A DNA stretch of 64,000 nt from Vitrella brassicaformis CCMP3155 (taxonomy: Eukaryota; Protista; Chromerida): positions 54,125-118,124 of the forward strand of contig CDMY01000330.1 in assembly GCA_001179505.1 (NCBI GenBank), in the 5' to 3' direction. Below, piece by piece: positions 36,701 through 48,733 of this stretch. Under the pieces are notes generated by a model. It worked only from the letters and a program-made list of their open reading frames with translations. It was not told the DNA's origin and ran no database searches. A program made the position numbers and the translations under genes. Numbering within the stretch: the first letter of the stretch is position 1; each line of letters opens with the position of its first letter.

Positions 36701-39700
36701 TATCGGTGGGTCGATGGATGGATGCAGCCTGGCCAACAACACGCCCGTCGAAGAGATCGCGTGTGAGTGGGTGCGCTCCAACCGGCCCCGATGGGACAAC
36801 TGGGTCAACGTCGTCTGTCGGCCAGGTGCGTACCCATACACTGTCACCCACACACGCAAAAGGCTGCATGTAAATTGCCCGCCCGTGTCAGGCTACGAGC
36901 CGACGCCCGAGCAGAACTGCAAGCCGTGCGATTCGGGCCTTCACAGCCCACGGGAGGGCAACGAAAAGTGCACGCCTTGCCCGGCAGGTAGGTCGGCACA
37001 CGCTAAGCTGGCTGCTCATGTCTGTGTGTGTGTGTCTGTGTGTGTGCGTATGTATGTGTTCGCTCGAGTAAGCGTCTATGTGTGTGTGTGTGGTAGGCAC
37101 CTACACGCCTCTCCCCTTTGGCAACGCCGAATGCAGACGATGTGTCAAAGGGTGCGTGTGGCATGTTGATTGATTGATTGCTTGTCCTTGTGACGTGACG
37201 GTTGAATGAATGCCTGTGTGTGTGCCTGTGGTCAGGATGTACCGCAGCGCGTCGATGCCGGCCGACGTGTGTGAGAGGTGTGAGTACGGACACTATGCCC
37301 CACTGACGGTACGGTACGGTATGTGTGTGTGCAGAGGAGGGAGGACGGCAGGTGCGGTGCATGTGGGTGACATGTTGTGTGTGTGTGTGTGTTGTGTTGT
37401 GTTGTGTGGCTGGTTCAGGGCATGTCTGAGTGCATCCCATGTCCAGTAGAGGAGAGGAGAAACACCAGCAGCAGGGGCGCCGACTCCCTGTCTGAGTGCA
37501 CCTGTCTGCCGGGCACCTACTGGAGCCAACGCCAAACCAAGTGCATGACCTGCAGACAGGTACTGTACGTCTGTCTCCAATGCATTTGATCCATCTCTGT
37601 GTCCACTGCATTGATTGATGTGTCAAATAAATCAGGGCACTGTGTGTGGTGGGGGTGAGGGCCGCCCCCTGCTGCAGGAGGGCTACTGGAGTGCGGAACC
37701 TGACACGGCAACACACACACAGGTGTGTGGTGTGTCTACACTTCACGACGCTCATCCGTATCAATGCATTGTGTTGTGAATCCAATTCGTCCTCTTCTCC
37801 AGAACGGCACGGCGGCCCTGTTCGATGCCCTGTCTGTGTACAAGTGCCTGCCGCCCACCAGCTGCCCAGGCGGGCCGCCTGAGTCGTGCGATGGTCAGTG
37901 AATCAAATGAAATGAACATACCACAGACAGACACACGTGTGCTGTGCAGACGCCTGGGTGTGGTGTGGTGTGATATGTGTGTGCAGGTGCTCGTGTAGGC
38001 CTTGCGTGTGCCCGGTGTGCGCCCAACCACTACTTCTCCCGCAGAAGGGGCGTCGAGAGCTGCGTACCGTGTGCTAAGGAGGTACAACGTGCATCTATGT
38101 GTGTATGTGTGTTGAATATGGTCAGACAGTAGCAGCTGAGCTAGCCTAGCCTAGCCACACATAACGAAACGACGGCTGTGTCTTGTGTGGTGTGAGTGCA
38201 TGTGTGTGTCCCCTTTGTGTGTGTGCAGGACAGCAACCGTCTGAATGCCCTCTGGATGCTGCTCATCGCCCTTATCGGTGCGGGGGCCCTCCACATCGTG
38301 GTAGGTACTCGGGGTGCTGTGGTGTGGTGTGCACCCAAACAACCGCGTGTGTGTGTGTGTGCGTGTGCAGTTGAATCTGCCCCGCCACGCGCACACACAT
38401 GGTGCGTGTGGCGCGTGTGGCGTGTGTGTTGTGTGACTTGCGTCAGCATCAACCATTTGGACCTCTCCTGGCCGCCCATCTTCACCGCAATCGCACAGTT
38501 CTTCGAAATATTCAAAGTGAGCGGCCGCAGAAAGATCAGATCACACAACACAACACAAAGACGGTATGGATGGATGGATGGATGAATGTACTCACACGCG
38601 CCGCATGTGTGTAATGTGTCAGTTTTCGCTGCCCCTGCTGCGGCCGTCGTGTCTATCTGTGGGGATCTCGCCCTTTGCCGAGTATGCCATCGCTATGAGC
38701 ATGCCCATTGTGGTCCTCCTGGTCTGTCAGGGAGGGAGTGAAATGCTGAGCTACTGCACCTCCATCCACCACACCACACCCGGCCGGCATGGATGGATGG
38801 ATGGATGTGTGTAGGTGTTTGCCTTGTTGTATGGGCTGTCGTGGGTGTGGAGGGCGATCCTCACTGCCACAGTGGGGAGTGGCAAGAGCAACGGGTCGGC
38901 ATACACCGGTGGGTATGTATGTATGTGTCTGTGCATCTGTGGCTGGGCTGCACACGCCCAGTCCGTGTGTGTGTGTGTGTGTGTGTCTGTGGGAATGTCA
39001 CACAGACATCGTCAACCACCACCACCACTGTCACAGCCCCCCGGCCATCACTGTCCACTGTGTCGCTGAACACGAAGACGACGACCAAGGCAATCATGTC
39101 AGAGGAGGTAGATACCTGTACCCAGAACCCCAACACATAGTCAGTGACACGTGGTGTGCATCAAACCATGTGTGTGTGTGTGTGTGTTGGCTGGTTACTT
39201 AGGCGCAAAGTCGCCTCCTCTGAGCCCGAACCTCAGCGACACCGAGACGCTCGAGTCACACCTCCACCAACACCACCATGGCCACAGCAGCAGCAACGGT
39301 ACACACACTGTCTGATGACAACAGAATCACAGGAGTCTATGTGGTGTGTGTGTGTGTGTGATCAGCCAACGGTCAGCTGGAGAGCCCCTACCTCACTGTC
39401 GACGATGACAACAGCCTCCAGCATCACCACCACACCAACGGCAGTAAGCGTGTGTCTGTGTGGACTGACTGAGTGGACGCTTGTCCGCCTGCAGTCAGTC
39501 AGCAGGTGCACTTATGTGTGTGTCCCTCCCCAGGCACCACCGTCATGGCCCCTCCCTGGCTGCTGGCCAGACGAGGATCGACCATTGTCGACCACACACT
39601 CACACAAGACAACCCTGATGAGAACAACAACGACTCTTACACCTACACCGGTAACATACACACACAATAAATATACATACCAGAGGATGGCATGGTGTGT

Positions 39701-42530
39701 CCTCTCCTCTCTCCCCAGATCATGTCAAGCACACTCCCAATTTCGGCCCCTCACAGCAGCAGCAACAGCAGCAGCAACACAAGGCAGCAGAGCTTCCGGC
39801 CGCTTCGACGGCCAACAAGGGCATCCACTGCAGATGGGCGATCGGCAAACGCATTGGTGAGGGAGGGAGGGAGGGAGGGAGGGACTGCCCACACACCTTG
39901 TGAACGTATATGTCATGCGATGGATGTGTGTGTCACCTGCATGCCATGCAGGTGAGCTGTTGTTGTCCCCGCCTCTGTGCATGAACCGGATGGTCAACAG
40001 CGTGGGGGCCATCTGGCAGACGCTCTACATCAGCCTCGCCGCCAACTCGTACCCATACACACACACTCACACACACACACACACCTATCTCTGTCTTTGC
40101 TCCATCTGTGTGTCGTGCTGTTTGTTTGCTGTGTCAGGTTCCTGGTGTTTCAGTGCTACAGCCATCCCGTGGGGTCCTCGTCGCTCACGGCCTTCCCCTC
40201 TGTCATATGCGGGTCGAAACAATGGTATGCTTGGACAACCTGTGGGTCCGTGAGCGCATGTGTGTCTCCTTCTCTCTCTGTGTGTGTGTAGGTATAGGAT
40301 GATGCCTGTGGGCCTGTTTGGCATTGTGGTATACGTCCTGGGCTTCTTCGCTCTCATGACCTACCTCGTCAGGAGGGAGTGCACATCAGAAACCTGCTGG
40401 CGTGTGGATGTGCACACAATTGTGTGTGTGTGTGTGTGTGTGTGCAGATTCTCCTGTCGTATACGCCGCACAGGCACGGCACCACAGAGGGCTTCGAGAC
40501 CCGATGGAGATTCCTCTTCGGAAACTGGTACACACAAACACACAAACACACGCACACACACACTCCGGGGGATACATGCGTGTGTGCGGTTGCTGTCTCT
40601 GTGTGTGTCCAGGAAGCCCTCACGCAGATGGTGGTACGCAAAATTAGGGGGTGCACCCATGCGGACGAAGTATATGTGTGTGAGTATGGTCGTCCATAGG
40701 GCCCTAGTGTTTCTGCTGCGTGAGATGGTGGTCGCCCTGGTGCCTGTCCTGCTGCCCAATGGTACGGTGCGCACACACACATAGACTGGCCATGTGTGGT
40801 CTGACATGTGATGTGGTATCTGTCTGTCTGTCTGTCTGTGTGATTGGATTGTGCAGACGCGTATCTGCAGCTGTCTGTGGTGGTGATGCTGATGCTGTGT
40901 GTGCTGACCTTCCAGCTGCTCATGCAGCCCTGGCAAAACATATTCAACAACGTATGGACACACGTTAATCATTTGGTGACGCACACGTCCGTGTAGGTAT
41001 GTGATGTGCCTGTCAATCGGTCGGTCTATAGGTTCTGGACGCATCCATCATGGCGGCCTTCATCCTCATCGGTGCGCCACCACGCCACGCCCATTGCTGC
41101 GCCTATCATGTGTGTGTGTGTGTGTGTGTGTGTGCAGGTATGCACGCGACGTTTTTCTCTCCCCGAGAGGACAAGGACGCCAAATACTTCGCCACGGTGC
41201 TGGTGGTGAGCTGCGGCGTGGCCTTCTCCATCTGGGCGTCCGTCATGACTCTCAATGTCACCGGTCAGCCGGCCGGCCGGCCACTGCATGTCACCATCCC
41301 CGCATCTGCACTCATCGGTGTGTCTTGATTGGGTGTACGTACAGGTTTTTTCAACTCGACGGACTGCGGCCGTTCACAGCACCGTAAAATCCGCCGCAGC
41401 AAAGTGGTCGCCGCGCTCAGGAGAATACTCGAACGCATCGCTGGTCGGTCAATGAGGCAGGGAGGGAGGGAGGGACGCCTGAAAATGGTGCGTGCGTGTG
41501 TGTGCGTGCGTGTGTGTGCGTGCGTGTGTGTGCGTGTGTGTGTCTGCGTGTGTGTGTGTGTATCAGGTCCTCCCTCGCTGCAGTCGTCATCGTTTCTGCC
41601 CCCCCTGGATGGAAAGGACCGTGACAATGACACCAACACCAACGGGCAATCTATGTACCTGCTCAGCGATGACGTACGTGAGGAAGGAAAAACAAAAAGC
41701 CTCACACGTGTACCTACCTACCCATGGGTGTCTGTCGGTGAGGAGTGTTGTGTGTACACGACTGACTGACGTGTGTTGTGTGTTGTGTGTGTATAGGTGT
41801 GGCTGCCCTTTGAGCGTCGTCTGTCGCCTGATGACGTGGCCATCCTCCGGGTGGCCATACACCTGCTCCACAAGAAACTCATCAGGTCGGTCAGCGGGCA
41901 GGCAAGGCAACACAACACCAAGCCCTCCCACCCAACACGCATGACATGACACGTCCTGCCTGCCTGTCTGTCTGTGCACTCACTGTTTGCATGTCATGTA
42001 GGCAATCGAGCTCTTTGTCGCTGTCCCTCAATCACAACCGCTCCTCCACCACAGTGCTGCCGTCCTTCCACTCGTCGGGCTTCCTCGACACGCGCAACTC
42101 GTCCATGTCCTTCTCGTGGGCCGTCAAGCGAATGCAGCCACACATACGCAGGGCACGCTCACGGGTCGACTTGACCATTGAAGACGGAGACACCACCACG
42201 TGCGCAACTCACGAGCAGCAGCGGCATCATGGTGGGGAGAAGAAACACCACCACCACCAGCAGCAGCAGCAGCGGGAGGTTCCAGCGGGGTTTCGGCGAG
42301 CGTCATCGACTCTGCCAGTGTCATTGGCGAGAGAGCCCGAAGACACGGATGAGTCTGGGTGCGGTTCGGATGATGTGGCGAGCGAAGGGCTGGCTGTGTC
42401 GAATGCGCCGGCGGCACATCGACCACCACCACCACGGCCGCACCCACGCGGAGAGGATTGTTTGAGCGACACGGGTGAGTATGAGAGGGAGTGGCGGGAG
42501 GCCGTGTCGTGTGTGCTGGGAGTCAGGTGA
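33735..42530 (+). CDS. Large membrane receptor-like protein: signal peptide, putative periplasmic-binding-protein-like domain, Cys-rich (GCC2/3, TNFR-like) repeats and multi-TM domain
   Basis: MRGVSVALLLCLPSLALSQ; YFSEVWPS, MGPTGYAG, FDWWWPD; repeats such as CKPCDSG, CTPCPAG, CERCEYGHY, CIPCP, CTCLPGTY, CMTC; several hydrophobic exons at 38.2-41.3 kb; final exon ends at 42530. Confidence 0.75.
35881..36180. other. Assembly gap (300 N) inside the receptor gene
   Basis: Run of N. Confidence 1.
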
Positions 42531-42951
42531 ATATCAATGCGGCGAGTGTCGTGGGCGGACATACGTGTACATACGTACGTGTAGGTGTGCGTCGTTGTTT
42601 TGTACGTAAGACAGGTGTGGATAGATCTAGAGTGAGTGAGTAGGTCACTTTGATCACAAAGTGACTATCACTCTCTCTCAACGTGACAGCTGATTGACAT
42701 GGCTCCGTGTCGTCACTCGTGAAGCGACAAGCTTTAAGTAGATACAAGTGGAGTGGATGTCTGTACTGTACTGTACCATCTAGCTAGCTATTTATATACA
42801 AACAAGAGAAAGAGCACTGAGCCGACAGAAACAAAACCCGCGTACCGACCGTACCACGCGGTACGCATCATGATGTGTGGATGCATTCAATGCACACAAC
42901 ACCCACCCCCATCCCCACCTACTTGGACATTCACGCACGGGCACCGGCTAG

Positions 42952-44061
42952 CTACACCGAGTAAGTCTTCACGCGGCTCTGAATCCCACCCCTACAAATC
43001 GCGCACACCATCAGCTGGTCCGCACACCGCCCGCACACCATATGGCCGCACGGAACCAAACACACATCAGGCCGACGCATCAAGCATATTGGGCAACCCG
43101 GCGCGCCTTCCGGCAGCCTATCGCGGGAGCCAATCGAGTCGCTTGATGTTGCTGGCTGTGGGAGCGGGCCGACGTCCAAAACAACAGGTGCTGGCGGGGC
43201 AGAGGGAAGGGGGGTAGGGGCTTCCTGATCGGCTGAAAGAAAGAAAAACGGAAATATGGACAAATGAGGGAGGCGGTGGTTGAATCGTCGCTCACTCGTT
43301 CGGTCTTCTTGCTGAGCAGGCTCCTGTGGAGGAGTCTCGCGCCTGCAATGCACAGTGAGGCATTCCACGACTGTACTGAGCCCATGTCAAACTCCTTACT
43401 CCTTGGCCATGTGAAGGAAGCACAGGAAGACCACGATTGCAATGGCCACGTCAGTCACGATGGGCGAGTGGACGGCAAAGATCAGCCAGTCGCCAGACAT
43501 GAATGCCTGCATGCATTGAGAGAGGAGGGCACCCAGGCATCCATGGCCACCTAGGTCAGGTCATACTCTAGGTGCTGTGCTGCCGTACCCAGAGAAGTGC
43601 GTATCCGAAGAAGACCACCAACAGTCCCCACACAGACGCCGTATAGAATGCAATCACCCAGAAGAGCCATTTGATGAACCCCACGAGTCCAACAGAGCTT
43701 ACAATAATGAACAGAACGTTGACAATCAAGACAGTCACCAAACGACGCCACTGTGGAGACAAACGTACGGACAGATGGCGCACACACAGAGATCGTCCGT
43801 ATGTATGAGAGTGCGTGTTTGTGTGTTGATTCGTCACCCCATAGAGAAACAGAGCCAGCGCACACGAGCCGATCTGAAACAGCGCCGCCAGGATGCCAGC
43901 ATTGCGCCTGCCACGCAGACAGGACAGACACAACAGCCACCAGCACTCATCCGCGTGTGCGTGTACATGCGTCATGCAATTGTCTGCCTGGCTCACCATC
44001 TCTTGGACTCATTGGTGAGCTGGCGGGCGAGGGGGGGTGGTAGGCAGCGGGAGAAGAGCAT
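42952..44061 (-). CDS. Transmembrane RING-HC E3 ubiquitin ligase
   Basis: Hydrophobic exons (LVTVLIVNVLFIIVSSVGLVGFIKWLFWVIAFY...) and C-terminal CPICLMRRPDVCLVPCGHMVCGRCADQLMVCAIC. Confidence 0.85.
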
Positions 44062-44989
44062 ACTCGGGCTTCGCGAGGCAAACAGCCCTTCTCTCCGTGT
44101 CCTCTCATTGTTGTCTCTCGCCGGTGCGCCAACGTGTCTAGACGCTCTCGTCAACATTCCACGACGTCGTGCGCTCAACTGTGCTCCTTTTTAGATTGCG
44201 AGCTGCTGCAGGGCATCCCCGGATGGATCGTCGGCGAGCAAACAACAGCGCTTTCTCGAAGTGGCTGCTTCACCCGGTCCTTCGTGACGTTGCTGATATA
44301 TTTCTGCAGAAAAATCTGTCGTTCATTCATCCTCTCGATGCAGCCGGGGACTCTTGGTCTGAGTGTGCGTTTCGTTATACAGTGGTCTGCCAAGGGAGCT
44401 TCGTTTAATGTTGTACTGATACGCTGGTGTGCAGTTTAAATTTGCCGGTGAGCGCACAGCTGTGTCAATGCACTGTAGAGGAATGCACGGAAAAGATGTG
44501 CTCAAGGGGCCATGAAGGGAATCAGGAACAGAGAATAATGGTTTCACACGGAGACGTGTCAATCAGTGTGTGGGAATGCGATCTGGCACGGGCGCACAAC
44601 AGCAACTTCACGTCACAACCCCTGCTTCTCGACTGTGGCCGCCGACGTCGCATGATCGATCATTGATTGTCACATTCCATCCAATATAAAATGTAGACAG
44701 CGTGTGTGTCAAGAAACACCTATGGTAGTGGACTTTGTGTGGACGCCCTGCCGCCAAGTAAAACGACCCTTCCCTGGCTGCTTGTGCAGATGCAGGGCTC
44801 GTGTGGCGTCGATGAGCTTGACACCATGTTGCTCGGCTTCAGGTCAGTGTAGGCTATCCTGCATCCTCGACCTGCATGCATGGGTGCAAAGACACGTACG
44901 TATATATCCCTTTCCGTGCACGGATGCGTACCATATGATCGCCCTCATCAGTGTCCAGCAGGGCGGCAGACTGAGATCACCCACTCCCC

Positions 44990-45375
44990 ACCCTATGTGC
45001 AGCGCCTCGGCACTGATCATTTCGATCAGCTTCTGCCCCACCTTCTCGATTGCCTTCTTCAGACGACGGTCATTTGCTGACAGAAAAATAGATTTGCCGT
45101 CTTTGGCGAGGTTGCCGTCCTTTGTCAGCCGATAGAAGGTCCAAGTATACCCGTTCGTCAGGAGGCCCCGAGATACGCCGGTCATTTTCATAGTCCAGCA
45201 GCTGCACCTCCTCAGCCTCACCGAAGCAGCCGACCCTCTTCTTCTCTATGATAAATCGAATGACTCCATCCGCCAACAGGACGGCGTCCATGCGTCCAAA
45301 CAGCGACCGCTCGCTCTCGATGCCGTTTACGTCCTCTTCCCAGGCAGCACTCAAACGCGTTGAAGAATGGTACAT
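44990..45375 (-). pseudogene. Degenerate PD-(D/E)xK nuclease cassette D
   Basis: RMDAVLL...FIIEKK...VQLLDY, then a 2-nt loss near 45190 shifts the frame to MTGVSRGLLTNGYTWTFYRL. Confidence 0.75.
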
Positions 45376-45394
45376 GGCGTACAGAGGCCGACTT

Positions 45395-45603
45395 CCTCAA
45401 TGGCTTCCTTCAGGCTGGGGTCGTTCGCTGAAAAAAAAGAAAAAAAGATTCGACGTCTCTGACCAGGTCGCCGGTCCGACCGTGGCCGCGTTGTGTCAGC
45501 TGATAAGAAGTCCAAGTATACCCGTTCATCAGCACGCCTCGAGATACGCCGGTCATTTTCATACACTCCAATAGCTGCGCCTCTTGCTTGTCTCCAAAGC
45601 GGC
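45395..45603 (-). pseudogene. 5'-truncated nuclease cassette C
   Basis: RFGDKQEAQLLECMKMTGVSRGVLMNGYTWTSYQL...ANDPSLKEAIEEVG, split by a frameshift in a T run. Confidence 0.7.
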
Positions 45604-45904
45604 TAATACCTGGGTAGGTGACAGCACCGCACGCAGCTCCTGTAGCAACGAACAGAGCCGAGACACGAAAATGCAAACAGATTTGCATCAGCTCGCCCAC
45701 CTTGTCGACAGATTTTGATCTCGACCAACCCACATCAGCCGGGCGAAGCCGCAGTATCGCCGGGCTATCGCAGGGGCTATGCCGCAGTGCCGGGCAGCCT
45801 CAAGATTGAGATGCTCGTTGACCCCGATATACAGCTGCAGCACGCGGTCGTAGCGCCGACGCCAGCCAAGCTGCTTCGCCCAGCCAAGCGACTGCATAGA
45901 CATT

Positions 45905-46245
45905 TATCAGCTCTGCCCACTTTCGCAATGTCCTCCGCCAGATTTGGGTCGTCCGATGAGAGGACGGTGGGCCATCTTTGGCTTCCGCCAGACCTGGGTC
46001 GTTTGGCATGACCAGGCGATAAAACGTCCAAGTATAGCCATTCGTCAGCACTCCTCGAGAGCGCCCCCCTGACACCCCCGCCTCTTCCTATCTTGAAAGC
46101 GGCCGTCAGCCTTCGCCTCGATGATGAGGTGAATCATTACGTAATCATTTCGTCGACCAAGAATGCGTGGTCTATCTCCCCGAGCTGCTTCCGGTCTTGC
46201 ACGTGGTTCACATTTCTCGTTAAGGCACCGTCAAGTCGTGCAGAA
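45905..46245 (-). pseudogene. Degenerate nuclease cassette B
   Basis: SSARLDGALTRNVNHVQDRKQLGEIDHAFLVDEMIT* / LIIEAKADGRF / SRGVLTNGYTWTFYRL, with a stop and frameshifts. Confidence 0.75.
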
Positions 46246-46256
46246 GACTCACAGGA

Positions 46257-46338
46257 GCACGACAGAGGCAGCGCGACAGAGGCAGCACGACAAAGGCAGC
46301 CCGAGAACGGCAGCGCACTGGCAGCGCGACAGAGGCAG
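46257..46338. repeat. 14-bp minisatellite, about 6 units (GCVCGACAGAGGCA)
   Basis: gcacgacagaggca gcgcgacagaggca gcacgacaaaggca gcccgagaacggca gcgcactggca gcgcgacagaggca. Confidence 0.85.
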
Positions 46339-46345
46339 GTTCGCA

Positions 46346-47165
46346 TCAACAGCCCATCTCAGACTGCTCCATGATCATCTTCATCAGCTGTCTCCCCACT
46401 CGAGTTATGTTCTCTTCCAGATTCGGATCGTAGGGGTAGAGCACAATAGATGGGCCATCTTCTTCCAGATCTCCGTTCGTCAATCGATAGAATGTCCAAA
46501 CATATCCCTTGGTCAGGACTCCTCTAGACACCCCAGCCGTCATCAGATATTCTAGCAGCTGTACCTCCTCCTTGTCCCCAAAGCGGCCGCTCGCCTTGGC
46601 CTCGATAATCACGTGAATCACCTTGTCGACCAGCAGAACGTAGTCCATCTGTCCGAGCTGCGTCCGGTTCTGCATATTGCTCACGTTTCTCTGAAAGGCA
46701 TCTTCAAGTCGTGAAGAAGACCTATAGATACTCCGCAAGCATGCCTTCTGCAGCGGTCTAGTGAAGTGTGTGACCAGTGTGCGATAGGTCTGCCGCATCC
46801 ACTTGGCGATGTGATTGGATGGCTGCAAAGTCCCGTTCTTGAACGCCGTGTGTAGCTTAATCTTCTTATCCCACGTCAGAAGAAGCTCGTCATGACGCCA
46901 CACCAGGTTCTCGAGGGGGATGGCCGACAGGTATAGCAGAGGAAGCAAAAAGAGATGCTCTTTCGGTGGACGCCTACTTTCAAGCCACGGCATCTCCCTC
47001 CAGTATGAATGCAGCCGGGTTGTCGATGTCTGTTGCCGCATAAACCTCTCCCTCGAGCCCGGCGGCCATGAACATCGGCCCTCTCTCATCGACCAAGACC
47101 ACCTTAAACGCCCTCGACCTTGAGAGCCGCTCTCCTTCAAGTTGGCCCGGCGGTTCGTCTGACAT
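46346..47165 (-). CDS. HsdR-N/RecB-type PD-(D/E)xK nuclease-domain protein (cassette A; N-terminus needs a short intron or a frameshift)
   Basis: Open frame with GQMDYVLL, VIIEAK, VQLLEY (QxxxY), GVLTKGYVWTFYRL. The track's start at 47278 is TTG; the nearest likely ATG (47165) is in another frame. Confidence 0.65.
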
Positions 47166-47810
47166 ACTCGCGTCTCATCTCCAGGGCGATGACAATCGAT
47201 GACAATGGATGCTGGTGTAGTCAGCGCCGCAAATGATTGCTGCGCTGCCCCTCGTCGTCTTTGCTCTTTTTTCCGCAACCCCCGTCTCAGAAATTCAGAA
47301 TTCTCGACACGCTCACACCGACACGCTCACACCGAGTTGGTTGATATATTTGCGTGACTTTTCAAAACCACCAGGAAACGGCCAGCGAATGTGTACATAT
47401 GGATCCAAATATGTCAGTCACGGCAGTGACAATGGAGAGATGAAACGTGTGAACATTCGCTCTTTGTACCTCCCTCCGCCCTGATGCTCCCTCTTGTCGA
47501 CGACGCCCTCACGTGCACTGAAACGCTGACTGAAGAGCATCTCAGTGACCGTCAAAGCACCGTCTACGAGGAAGGATCAGACGTAGAGGATCAACGATCA
47601 CGGGATCAACGTCAACGCACACATCATCAACACAACGACCACACGGAAAAAGTTCACTCTCATATTAGCCAGCCACTGCCAACAGACACGACAAGGTGGA
47701 CATGCCGGCAGACGAGTCGACTGAAGGCCCTCCCGTACTGTACAAAACCTCCCGCCTCCCATGTGCACTATCAAAACTCAGTCATGCAGTCCCCCGTTGC
47801 CCATGGAGCG

Positions 47811-48237
47811 TCACTTGCTCCTGACGGTGCAGCGACCGGCAAGCACCGACCCAACCATGCCTCCTGCAGCCAATGCGCCACCTGCCTCAGCGCCAAGCAC
47901 AACCGAACCTGCGCAAAAGGCCACACAGACACACATTCACTCAGACAAACACACTCGCCACAATGCAGAGGCCCCTTCTCCCTTGCTCCTCACCTCCAGC
48001 AGAGAACGGCGCCATGGCGATTCCCAGCCCAACAGCCGTGATGCCCAGGAAGCCGACCATTGCTGCTTGCAGCCTTTCCACAGTGGTGCACTGGCGGAAA
48101 CTGTGCGGGCAGGACGGGTCGTCTGCTCTGCATTCGTCGTGCATGTCGCGCTTCAGCACCAGCTCACTGCACCAAGAGGGAAGGGGGCCAAACAGGAGAG
48201 GAAGCAGGCCGAGCGCCACGAGAACGGAAACCCGCAT
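47811..48237 (-). CDS. Small (113 aa) secreted or membrane protein with an ApoL-like / glycine-zipper hydrophobic segment
   Basis: Exon 1 is 48237-47994, intron GTGAGG...GCGCAG, exon 2 is 47908-47811. Protein: signal peptide, 3 Cys, then VGFLGITAVGLGIAMAPFSAGGSVVLGAEAGGALAAGGMVGSVLAG. Confidence 0.6.
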
Positions 48238-48733
48238 GCTCGCCCGCGGAAACTGCTGCGTCGGCCGGCGTTCTCCTTGGCGTCCTCCTCACGGCGTCGA
48301 GCTACCTTGACGGCGAGCGGGCTTCACGTTCACCTCAGCTGGCAGCGACTTGGAGGAGAGCCGCCGAGAGGTTTCAATGCGCCTCGAGGGGATAGAAATG
48401 CGCTCGGTTCAGCTCCTTCGCACGCCCTTTCCTCCCTTCTCGCTCTCCGATCCGCCGCATCTTGCGAGCTTGAAAAGGACCTGGCGGTTGGCGCGCGGAA
48501 AGGGGAAGGAGGCACGCGAGGAGGAAAGAAGTCGACGGACGAACAGGAACACTCTCCCCGAAGATCTTCGCCTCCTCGCTGCTAGGTCTTCCTACTGCTC
48601 TGCGACATCTCCTACTGCTGTTGTCGCCGGTCCGTCAAGAGCGCAGAAGTGTCTTGGTGACGTGTAAGTCAGCTCAATCAGCGTACCGACCCGCACATCT
48701 GTTCGTGGGCGGAGGAGAGGTCTCTGTGGTGTC

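Noticed and set aside
46257-46338. Possible CRISPR-like array next to a nuclease gene
   Set aside because: The units are contiguous 14-mers with no unique spacers, so it is a minisatellite.
47484-48585. Plus-strand ORFs of 185 and 274 aa
   Set aside because: Low-information translations; the minus strand gives a cleaner spliced gene with a signal peptide.
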